Assembly (NCBI GenBank): GCA_029553255.1
Contig: JAKPCM010000163.1
Coordinates: forward strand, 1 to 45,438
Direction of reading: 5' to 3'
Length of the DNA: 45,438 nt
From: Caldisericota bacterium
Lineage (GTDB): Bacteria > Caldisericota > Caldisericia > B22-G15
Shown here: piece by piece, positions 9,573 through 20,764 of the stretch
How positions within the stretch are numbered: position 1 is the first letter of the stretch
How the letters are laid out: the number at the start of each line of letters is the position of its first letter
Translations under genes and position numbers: made by a program
Notes under the pieces: generated by a model
The model's database searches: none
Seen by the model: only the letters and a program-made list of their open reading frames with translations
Told to the model about the DNA's origin: nothing

Positions 9573-9795
9573 ATTTCTGCGTGAGCAGGAATCTATTTTA
9601 CCGGATGAAATACTGGATTTCCGCTTTCAAGGGAATGACAAATAGGTTGGAATGATAACAATCCATCGTTCCCATGAAAGTAGGAATATGTATTACCCAT
9701 AAAAATACTAAATTTCTACTTACACGGGAATGACAAAATGAAATACTGGATTCCCGTTTGCCCAGCTTTATCGAGGACGAGAATGACAAAATGGA
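9573..9795. repeat. Cluster of five imperfect ATTYCY-N8-RGGAAT hairpin repeats (REP/dRS3-like in form) with shared flanks
   Basis: H1 is 9573..9592 (ATTTCT gcGTGAgc AGGAAT). H2 is 9617..9636 (ATTTCC gctttcaa GGGAAT). H3 is 9668..9687 (GTTCCC atGAAAgt AGGAAT). H4 is 9712..9731 (ATTTCT acttacac GGGAAT). H5 is 9750..9784 (ATTCCC-N23-GAGAAT). The flank GAAATACTGGATT occurs at 9607 and 9740. The flank G[G/A]GAATGACAAA occurs at 9631, 9726 and 9779. Confidence 0.7.
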
Positions 9796-10041
9796 AAGTT
9801 TTTCAGTAATCTTGTGTTATTTCGATGTCTAAAACTAAAATGATATATTCATTTATGGTTTGAATGAAATTGATTAGAAGAAACAAACTAATATTGTCAA
9901 ATAGAATTCAGTAGTCATAATTTTTAATCTTTAATTAAATTTATTAAAATAACAAGAAAAATTAATGATAAAATCAATAAAAAAAGATATACAAAAATTT
10001 ATCTCTTGCTTTAAATATTTTTTTCATATACATTTTATAAA

Positions 10042-10485
10042 TTATTCTTTGACTCTTTTCTCTAATTCTAAAATAAAATCATCTATTTTCTCAGGAGTAA
10101 TTCCATATTTAATTCCTTTAGTTTTTATCAAAAGAATATCTTTTCCGCTTGAAGTTGTATACATTCTAACCGTGCTGCCTTCATCCGAATAATAACAATC
10201 TCCCAATGAAAACCCTGGTATTCTTGTACTTGCTAATGGATTGAAAGTTAAATTTTTGTTTTCCCAACTTTCTATATCTTTATAATCTATTTTATCTTTA
10301 TATTTACCACAAATAAGATATAATCCATCTTCTTTGAATTCATATCTCATAGTTTTGCATATGAATAAATCATGAAGAAATAATACTATAATTAAAAAGC
10401 AGAGCGGTATTGTTATAATAATTCTGTACCAATTTGGAGTTTTTTTATTAATAAATAACTTATTGCATAAATTATAACAAAACAT
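10042..10485 (-). CDS. Membrane-anchored bacterial PH-like domain protein (hypothetical)
   Basis: There is an N-terminal TM helix (WYRIIITIPLCFLIIVLFL). It is followed by MRYEFKEDGLYLICGKYKDKIDYKDIESWE, a pattern typical of bPH-type domains. The start codon is uncertain. Confidence 0.45.
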   Translation of the reverse strand: MFCYNLCNKLFINKKTPNWYRIIITIPLCFLIIVLFLHDLFICKTMRYEFKEDGLYLICGKYKDKIDYKDIESWENKNLTFNPLASTRIPGFSLGDCYYSDEGSTVRMYTTSSGKDILLIKTKGIKYGITPEKIDDFILELEKRVKE

Positions 10486-10713
10486 GAAATTAATATAGGT
10501 AATAGTAAAAAAATGTATGCATTTTTTTTATATTTAGGGTAAATATCACATTATTCATATTCTCCCGGCTTACTACCATCAAGCCCTCCTGCCATTTTCA
10601 ATTGTTGGTGATTCATATTTCTTCATTTTAAGCCTTTAGATAAAATTTTCTTTTCTATAATAATATTATATAAAATTCTCCAGTTACTAAATATAGAAAA
10701 ATTTTTAATATAT

Positions 10714-11541
10714 TTATATAATTGTTGTTATTAATTCTTTGTTTAATTTATTAAAAATAGGGATAAGAAGGATGTTAAAAATTATTAAAACTATAAAACC
10801 TGCAAATCCTGTTATTCCTATGTTTAAATCATTACCTCCGATAAGTAATATCCAATGAAGTCCTCCAAAAGCGTTTAGAACTCCATGAAAAATTGAGGGA
10901 GTTATTATTGATTTTGATTTCAAAGTTAAATAAACCATAATCGGTGTTAATAAAATACAAAATATCACCATCATAAAAATACCTAAAAATTCATGATCAG
11001 GATAATTCAATCCCAATAAAACCATTGGAGCATGCCATATACCCCAAACAAAACCAATTATTAATGATGATTTATAAAATCCAAGATGTATTAGATTTTT
11101 AAGAAGATAACCTCTCCATCCAAATTCTTCTCCTAAAGCAACTAAAGCATTAATTGTTGAACCTATTATTACTCCTTGAAGAATTATTAATGCAATATAA
11201 TCTGGTTTAAAGTAATTTAAATTTAAACTTATATCTTTTAAAATTAAACTTGAAAATAGTGATAAGAAAATTAAGATTATTGGCATGACAATTGCTAATA
11301 GTATGTATATATTAAATTTAAAATATATGCCAAGGTCTTTTAAACTTTTATGGAATATATATTTTTCAACTATTAAAACAATAAAAAGTGGAATGTACAT
11401 ATAAATTATGGGAAATATAGTAAAAAAATTTTGGGAGAAAACTATTCTACTCTTTAAAAAAATTACAGAAAAACCAACTACATAACTTATTATTAATACA
11501 AGCATTATGAAGATAATCGATTTTTTTATCTCTTCTCTCAT
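10714..11541 (-). CDS. CPBP family (CAAX/Abi) intramembrane glutamic endopeptidase
   Basis: Polytopic membrane protein with the signature motifs EEFGWRGYL (EExxxR), FVWGIWHAP (FxxxH) and SIFHGVLNA (HxxxN). Confidence 0.8.
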   Translation of the reverse strand: MREEIKKSIIFIMLVLIISYVVGFSVIFLKSRIVFSQNFFTIFPIIYMYIPLFIVLIVEKYIFHKSLKDLGIYFKFNIYILLAIVMPIILIFLSLFSSLILKDISLNLNYFKPDYIALIILQGVIIGSTINALVALGEEFGWRGYLLKNLIHLGFYKSSLIIGFVWGIWHAPMVLLGLNYPDHEFLGIFMMVIFCILLTPIMVYLTLKSKSIITPSIFHGVLNAFGGLHWILLIGGNDLNIGITGFAGFIVLIIFNILLIPIFNKLNKELITTII

Positions 11542-11543
11542 TT

Positions 11544-14384
<2,841 letters not shown>

Positions 14385-14388
14385 AGTA

Positions 14389-16077
14389 TCACTCCAAATG
14401 ATATTTCTCTTCTGAAAGGGTATACATTCTTCTCCAGAAGAATCTATTAAATAATACTACAATAATAGCCATAAATAAAGTACTTGATGCAAGCAATGGA
14501 GTATTTCCACTTTGAGTAGCACTACTTATTAACGAGCCAAGTCCTGTAATCTGATATACCTTTCCTCCAAAATTAACATATTCGGATACAATACTTGAGT
14601 TCCAAGCACCACCCCAAGCTGTGATGCCGCCAGTTACGAGTGATGAAAAAATAGCAGGGACTGCTAAAATAGACCACCATTTTTTACCTTTAATATCAAA
14701 AATTTTACTTACCTCTATTAAATCTTCAGGAATCTGATTCGCGCCGCTAATTACATTGAAGAGTAGATACCATTGAGTTCCTAAAGCCATTAAAATTATG
14801 GAACTTATATTTAAGCCACCTTTAAATTTTAAAAAGAATAACAAAATAATTGGGAAAATAGCAGTTGCAGGAATTGATGCTAATATCTGTACAATTGGTT
14901 GTGCATACTTGGATAATTTTGGATTGATACCAATTTTAACTCCGACAGGTATTGTCCACATATATCCTATTGCAACAGCAAGTATCACTCTTATAAAAGT
15001 ATAAAATCCACTTTTAAAAATTAGTATCCAATCTTTCAATGAAACTGAACTTATGAGTTTTATTAAACCCTCAAAACCCCTTAATATTAATAAAAATATT
15101 AATCCAAAAATTATATAAGAAGCTATTTTCTTAATTACTTCAACAGTAAAATTTTCGCTTGAACTTTTCTTTTTCGAAAAAATTTTTGTCATCATTTTAT
15201 CAAAAGGAGAAACAAATGTCTTTGAAAGGAAATTGATAATATTTGATTTTTGGTACCAATCAAGAACTATAGATTTAATCTCTTTTTCACCTTTTTCTTC
15301 TAATTTAAACTTACTTGACCAAGCTATTAATGGTCTCCAAATTAATTGATCTATTAAAATAATTATTAAAATTAAAGTTCCTAATCCAAGAAGCATTAAA
15401 TTTAAATTTCCTTCTTCAGATGCTTTTGCAAGAAAGGAACCAAGTCCAGTAATTGTATAACTTTGATCTATAATGGAAAAATTTTCACAAGCCATCAAGA
15501 AAAACCACCCACCAGCAACTGACATCATGCTATTCCAAATTAAATTGATAGAAGCATGGGGAAGATCAAGTAATGTAAATCTTTGCCAGAAATTCAATCT
15601 ATTTATTTTTGCACATTCATCCAATTCTCTTGGTGTGGTTTTTAAGGAGTTGTAAAAACTGAAAATAAGATTCCAAACTTGACCTGTAAATATAAGAATA
15701 ATAGATGCAAGTTCAAGCCCAATTCTCGAACCATTAAAAACAGAAAACATAAAAAAGAAAACTGGAGGCAAAAAAGATAAAACAGGAATTGATTGAAGAA
15801 CATCAAGAAGGGGTATTAAAAAAATTTCTAATGTTTTATTGCTATATGCAAGGTATCCATAGATAATAGCAAATATAAATGATAAGATAAATGCTATAAA
15901 AACCCTTAAAATAGAATAGAAAGAATAAAGTGGTAAATATTTCACTGAAAGTATTATTCCTTTTTGTTGTACTGCAACTTGAGAATAATTTTTACTTCCA
16001 ATAAATACAAAATAGAAAATGGAAAAAATTAAAACTATTGATAAAATATCTATCGGATTAAATGTTTTTTTATTCAC
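14389..16077 (-). CDS. ABC transporter permease, duplicated (two fused BPD-type permease halves; COG4986-like)
   Basis: 562-aa polytopic protein with two permease repeats separated by a soluble linker. GTG start at 16077. Only 4 nt separate it from the downstream ATPase gene. Confidence 0.7.
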   Translation of the reverse strand: MNKKTFNPIDILSIVLIFSIFYFVFIGSKNYSQVAVQQKGIILSVKYLPLYSFYSILRVFIAFILSFIFAIIYGYLAYSNKTLEIFLIPLLDVLQSIPVLSFLPPVFFFMFSVFNGSRIGLELASIILIFTGQVWNLIFSFYNSLKTTPRELDECAKINRLNFWQRFTLLDLPHASINLIWNSMMSVAGGWFFLMACENFSIIDQSYTITGLGSFLAKASEEGNLNLMLLGLGTLILIIILIDQLIWRPLIAWSSKFKLEEKGEKEIKSIVLDWYQKSNIINFLSKTFVSPFDKMMTKIFSKKKSSSENFTVEVIKKIASYIIFGLIFLLILRGFEGLIKLISSVSLKDWILIFKSGFYTFIRVILAVAIGYMWTIPVGVKIGINPKLSKYAQPIVQILASIPATAIFPIILLFFLKFKGGLNISSIILMALGTQWYLLFNVISGANQIPEDLIEVSKIFDIKGKKWWSILAVPAIFSSLVTGGITAWGGAWNSSIVSEYVNFGGKVYQITGLGSLISSATQSGNTPLLASSTLFMAIIVVLFNRFFWRRMYTLSEEKYHLE

Positions 16078-16081
16078 CTAA

Positions 16082-17233
16082 CTATAATACACCAAAATAT
16101 GTATTTTGGTAAATAGATAATATTTCATCATAACTTGGAGCTCTTGGAGAAATTTTTTTTAATCTTTCATTTTTATCCACTTCTTCAGCAAAATTTTTTA
16201 ATTCATTTTCCTTAACTTTTAAATCTTTCAAACACAAAGGAATATTCATCATTTTGTTGAAATTTATCAATAATTCAATCAATTTTTCTGCATCTTTATG
16301 TTTATCTCCTGTTGATAAATCTAAAACTTCAATAACTTTAGCCATTTTTTCATATACATTTGGTAGTTCAAATTTAAAAACATATGGCATAAGAATAGCA
16401 TTAGAATAACCGTGAGGAAATTCATATCTTAATGTAAGAGGATATCCCATTGCATGAACAATACCTGTTCCACTATGAGATATTTGGATTCCAGCATACA
16501 TTGAAGCGAGATGCATCATCTCTTTTGCTTCTAAGTCATCACTACTTGAAAAACTTCTTGGTAAATATTTATATATTATTTTTATTGATTCATAACCAAA
16601 AATATCAGAAAATGGGCTTGAACCAATTGAAAATAAACCTTCAAGTGCATGAGATAAAGCGTCTAATCCTGTATCTCTTACAATTTTTTCACTCATTGTT
16701 AGGGTGAGTAGTGGATCAAGAATTGCAAAGTCTGGAATTATTAATTCTGATGTAACTGCAAGTTTTTTATTTTCATAAGTGATAACTGCAAATTTTGTTA
16801 CTTCAGAACCAGTTCCTGAAGTAGTTGGAATTGCAACAAGAGTTGGAATTTTGTTTTTTAAAACTTTTTCTCCAGTTAAAAAGGGAACTATTTCTCTGTT
16901 AACAGCATAAACACCAATTGCTTTTGCAGCATCAATACTACTCCCACCTCCAATTGCAATTATTGAAGTACAATCATTTTCAATATACTTTTCTCCACCT
17001 TCAATAACAATTTTAGTATCTGGATTTGGAATAACTTTATCGAAAATAACAAAATTAACATCAATTTCTTTTAGATAATTTATCAAATTTGATAATGAAC
17101 CACTAACTTTCGTTGATTTTTGTCCAGTTACTATAAATGCTCTTTTGCCTAAAAAATTCTTTATCTCTTTAATCTTTGAAAGATATTCTTTTCCAAAAAA
17201 AACTTTAGTTGGTAAAAAAATTTGGAACTCCAT
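16082..17233 (-). CDS. Iron-containing (group III) alcohol dehydrogenase
   Basis: AIGGGSSIDAAKAIG and the His-rich metal site (DALSHALEG ... HAMGYPL) are present. I moved the start to ATG 17233 (GGAGGTG at 17244..17238; protein starts MEFQIFLPTKVFFG). Confidence 0.8.
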   Translation of the reverse strand: MEFQIFLPTKVFFGKEYLSKIKEIKNFLGKRAFIVTGQKSTKVSGSLSNLINYLKEIDVNFVIFDKVIPNPDTKIVIEGGEKYIENDCTSIIAIGGGSSIDAAKAIGVYAVNREIVPFLTGEKVLKNKIPTLVAIPTTSGTGSEVTKFAVITYENKKLAVTSELIIPDFAILDPLLTLTMSEKIVRDTGLDALSHALEGLFSIGSSPFSDIFGYESIKIIYKYLPRSFSSSDDLEAKEMMHLASMYAGIQISHSGTGIVHAMGYPLTLRYEFPHGYSNAILMPYVFKFELPNVYEKMAKVIEVLDLSTGDKHKDAEKLIELLINFNKMMNIPLCLKDLKVKENELKNFAEEVDKNERLKKISPRAPSYDEILSIYQNTYFGVL

Positions 17234-17317
17234 AAAACACCTCCAAATAATTAAACTCATTAAAATTTTATCAAATATAGTATAATTAAAAAAGTAATTT
17301 TTACCAAGGAGGAATTA

Positions 17318-18505
17318 ATGAATCCCCTAAATGAAAGAATAGATAGATTTTTGGAAAGGTTGAATGATGCAAAAAAAAGGAATTTATATTTCTATCAAGC
17401 GCCTATTGAAAAAATTTATGATGCTCATGTTATTGTTGAAAGCAAAGATATGATTATGTTTGGTTCTTATTCTTATCTTGGACTTTTAAATCATCCAAAA
17501 ATAAATGAAGTAAGTAAAAAAGCAATTGATGAGTTCAGTACAGGTGCTCATGGAGTAAGACTTCTTGCAGGAACAACCAAACTTCATATCCAACTCGAGG
17601 AGAGAATTGCAAAATTTAAGGAAAGAGAGGCAAGCGCAGTTTTCAGTAGTGGATATGTAACAAATTTAACAACAATATCTACTCTATTAACTAAAGATGA
17701 TTATGTTTTTTGCGATAAATATGACCATGCAAGTATTGTAGATGGTGCAATTCAATCGAGAGCAAATTTTATAAGATTTGATCATAATGATATGGAGCAT
17801 CTTGAGGATCTTTTGAAAGAAACTCCTGATGACAAAGTAAAACTAATAGTTGTTGATGCAATTTATTCAATGGATGGAGATATAACTCCGCTTCCAGAAC
17901 TTATCGAATTAAAGAAAAAATATAACGCTGTTTTAATGGTTGATGAAGCACATTCAGTTGGGGTTTTGGGTAAAAATGGAAAAGGAATTGAAGAATATTT
18001 TAACATTAACAATGAAGTTGATATTGATATGGGAACTCTATCAAAAACTATACCATCTGTTGGGGGATATATAGCAGGTGATAAGAATTTAATAGATTTT
18101 ATAAAACATAATTCAAGAGCATATATTTTTTCTGCCGCCTTACCTCCACCACAGGTAATGGCTGCTATTAAGTCTTTTGATATTATAGAAGAAGAAAAAT
18201 GGAGAATAAAAAAACTTTGGGAAAATATAAATCATTACACTTTAGAGCTTAAAAAAATGGGTTACAATACGATGAATACTCAATCAGCGATTGTCCCTAT
18301 TCTTTTAAAAGATGATGAACTTGCTCTTAAACTCACAAGGATTTTATGGGATGAGGGAATTTTAATATTTCCAATATTAACTCCTGCAATACCTCCTGGA
18401 ACTTCAAGACTTCGTTCTTGTATTATGGCATCACACTCCTCAGAAGATATTGATAAAGCCTTAAGAGCACTCTATAAAGGTGGAAAAGATTTAGGTTTAA
18501 TATAA
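17318..18505 (+). CDS. Alpha-oxoamine synthase family PLP enzyme (BioF / Kbl / serine palmitoyltransferase-like)
   Basis: AAGGAGG SD upstream. Motifs GSYSYLGL, SSGYVTN, HASIVDG, SMDGD and DEAHSVGVLG are present. The PLP lysine is in MGTLSKTIPSVGGYIAG. Subfamily cannot be assigned by eye. Confidence 0.75.
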   Translation: MNPLNERIDRFLERLNDAKKRNLYFYQAPIEKIYDAHVIVESKDMIMFGSYSYLGLLNHPKINEVSKKAIDEFSTGAHGVRLLAGTTKLHIQLEERIAKFKEREASAVFSSGYVTNLTTISTLLTKDDYVFCDKYDHASIVDGAIQSRANFIRFDHNDMEHLEDLLKETPDDKVKLIVVDAIYSMDGDITPLPELIELKKKYNAVLMVDEAHSVGVLGKNGKGIEEYFNINNEVDIDMGTLSKTIPSVGGYIAGDKNLIDFIKHNSRAYIFSAALPPPQVMAAIKSFDIIEEEKWRIKKLWENINHYTLELKKMGYNTMNTQSAIVPILLKDDELALKLTRILWDEGILIFPILTPAIPPGTSRLRSCIMASHSSEDIDKALRALYKGGKDLGLI

Positions 18506-18515
18506 TCTTTAGAAA

Positions 18516-19391
18516 TTATGTCATTTTGGTGTCAGACACCATATTGACATATAAATTTGAAAATTTTATAAATTTTATCTCATTTTTATCATCTATTGGC
18601 GCTTTAATTATCATTGAATCTCTATCTTCATTTATACTTTCTAAGATTCCAAGATATAGAAGAAATCTATTTTTATCCAAAAGTCCAACAATCGAGTTTC
18701 GAAGTGGAGTATATTTTTTTAAATCATAACCAATTATATTATTTTCATTAAAATGAATTTCTACTCTTTTACTATTTGAAAAATATTCTCTAAATTTTTT
18801 ATTTCTATACTCTATCCTTTCTAATCTTGTCCTTTCAATGCTATTTGAAGATGGTTTTATTTTTATTATTTTTTTGTTTCCATAAATAAAAGGTTTAATT
18901 AAATTATCTATCTCGTTTTCATTTTCAAAAATAATGATATAGTCAGGATCCAAAACTTCAATTTTATTATGTTTAAGAACCTCTGCAATTATACCATTAA
19001 CCAAACCTGTTGTATCTATCAAGATATAATCTAAAAATTCTTTCTCCATCTCCTTTAAAAGTTTGAAACTGCCAACAACCAATTGTAAAAGATTACCCTT
19101 AGGAGATACTCCACCAATAAAATACATTTTTTCAGGTTTTATTTCAGATAAATTATTTAAATTTTTTCTAACTTTTCCAAAACCTATTTTGCCAGGAGGA
19201 CCTATATTAGATTGTCCTATATCCAAATCTAAAACTCCAACTTTTTTTCCAATTTTGAAAATTTCATTAGCAAGATAAAGAATAAATGTTGATTTTCCCG
19301 AATCTGAACCCCCTATAACCATCAATTTTTTCCCATTTTTTATAAAATCATCTTTTGTTTTTATCCACTCTTTTTCAACTATTATATTCAT
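18516..19391 (-). CDS. Clp1/Grc3-family P-loop protein (putative polynucleotide 5'-hydroxyl kinase)
   Basis: MVIGGSDSGKSTFILYLAN (Walker A) is followed by VGVLDLDIGQSNIGPPG, then LIDTTGLVNG. This reproduces the CLP1_P pattern G..D.GKST ... DlD.GQ...PG ... nT.Gw..G. Confidence 0.6.
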   Translation of the reverse strand: MNIIVEKEWIKTKDDFIKNGKKLMVIGGSDSGKSTFILYLANEIFKIGKKVGVLDLDIGQSNIGPPGKIGFGKVRKNLNNLSEIKPEKMYFIGGVSPKGNLLQLVVGSFKLLKEMEKEFLDYILIDTTGLVNGIIAEVLKHNKIEVLDPDYIIIFENENEIDNLIKPFIYGNKKIIKIKPSSNSIERTRLERIEYRNKKFREYFSNSKRVEIHFNENNIIGYDLKKYTPLRNSIVGLLDKNRFLLYLGILESINEDRDSMIIKAPIDDKNEIKFIKFSNLYVNMVSDTKMT

Positions 19392-19396
19392 TCAAA

Positions 19397-20761
19397 TTAA
19401 TATTCTCTTTTAATCCATTTTCCATATCCACCTTCAATTAGAAACCCCATACTTTCATCAAAAACAACCTCACCTCTTAGAATTGTTTTAATAACTTTTC
19501 CAAAAATTTCAAAATTTTCAAAAGGTGTATATTTACCTTTACTATAAAATAGATTACCTTTCACATTCCATTTTCTTTTCAAATCAATAAAAACAAGATC
19601 AGCATCTTTCCCAACTTCAATTCCGCCTTTATTTTTACTTATATTTGAAATTTTTGCTGGATTTTCACTCATAACCTCGACAAATCTTTTTATTGAAATT
19701 CTTTTTTTCACTACTCCCTCAGAAAAAATAATTGGAAAGATAGTATCGATTCCAGATATTCCAGAGGCTATTTCAAATATATCATCTTTATCTTTTTCAC
19801 TTTTCCATTCACCAGAAAAGTGGTCAGATGCCACACAATCAATAATTTTATTTTCTAAATATTTCCATAAAAGCTCTTTATTCTCATAACATCTAACAGG
19901 AGGTGAGGTTTTTACAAGTTTTGGATTACTTATTAAATCATCTTGTGTTAATAAAAGATGATTCGGAGTCACTTCACAACTAATTTTAACTCCCTGCTCT
20001 TTTCTCTCCTTAACTATCCTAACACCTTCACTTGTTGATATATGTGCAATATGTAACCTTAAATTTGTATCTTTAATTAATCTTGATGTGTTCCAGATTG
20101 AAATTGGTTCTGCCAAATATGGTCTTGCTTTTATCCATGCTTCTCCACCTTTTAAATTTTTATCTTTTTTTACCTTTTCCATAAAATGATCTATGATTGA
20201 AAAATCCTCTGCATGAATTGTAAACAGAATGTCTCTATTTTTTAAAAAGGAAAAAAGGTCATACATCTCACCATAAGTTAGATGTTCATAATAAGGAGCA
20301 GATGAATAACCATAAATTTTAAAACCAACAACTCCTTCATCATACAGTTCTAAAAGATCATTAAAATTAGATTCCCTTACCATATCTCCAGTGATACCAC
20401 CATAAAGTGCATAATCACAAAAAGCCTTGTTTTTAATTGAATCTAATTTTATGAAAAGAGATTTTTTATTTTTTATTTGTGGAATTGATGTGCAGGGCAT
20501 ATCTACAATTGTTGTTATTCCTGAAGATATTGCTGCCTTAGTTCCAGTATCAAATTCTTCTCTATTTGTAAAACCAGGATCATTGAAATGAACATGCATA
20601 TCTATTCCACCAGGTAAGATTATTAAACCAGTTGCATCAATTATCTCTTTACCTTCTAATGTAAATTTACCGATACCTATTATTGATTCTTTTTCAATCA
20701 AGATATCTAAATTTTCAAGTTTTCCATTATAAAAAACCATCCCTCCAGTTATTATTTTCAA
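19397..20761 (-). CDS. Cyclic amidohydrolase, allantoinase/dihydroorotase-like
   Basis: PGGIDMHVHFNDPGFTNREEFDTGTKAAISSGITTIVDMP closely follows the allantoinase/DHOase HxH region. TTG start at 20761 with GGAGG 7 nt upstream. It starts 3 nt after the ade stop. Confidence 0.7.
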   Translation of the reverse strand: MKIITGGMVFYNGKLENLDILIEKESIIGIGKFTLEGKEIIDATGLIILPGGIDMHVHFNDPGFTNREEFDTGTKAAISSGITTIVDMPCTSIPQIKNKKSLFIKLDSIKNKAFCDYALYGGITGDMVRESNFNDLLELYDEGVVGFKIYGYSSAPYYEHLTYGEMYDLFSFLKNRDILFTIHAEDFSIIDHFMEKVKKDKNLKGGEAWIKARPYLAEPISIWNTSRLIKDTNLRLHIAHISTSEGVRIVKERKEQGVKISCEVTPNHLLLTQDDLISNPKLVKTSPPVRCYENKELLWKYLENKIIDCVASDHFSGEWKSEKDKDDIFEIASGISGIDTIFPIIFSEGVVKKRISIKRFVEVMSENPAKISNISKNKGGIEVGKDADLVFIDLKRKWNVKGNLFYSKGKYTPFENFEIFGKVIKTILRGEVVFDESMGFLIEGGYGKWIKREY

Positions 20762-20764
20762 TCT

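Noticed and set aside
9598-9789. 63-aa ORF inside the 9467..10041 spacer
   Set aside because: It is a read-through translation of the hairpin repeats (VIPLKAEIQ, CHSRVSRN, GKRESS come directly from the ATTCCC/GGGAAT arms). No SD is present, and the frame is defined only by the repeats.
9573-9795. Possible CRISPR array
   Set aside because: The repeats are about 20-nt imperfect palindromes in both orientations with irregular spacing. No regular repeat/spacer periodicity and no cas genes are present in the window.
9965-10192. 75-aa plus-strand ORF
   Set aside because: It overlaps the 3' end of the minus-strand bPH-domain gene. It is AT-rich and low-complexity, with no SD.
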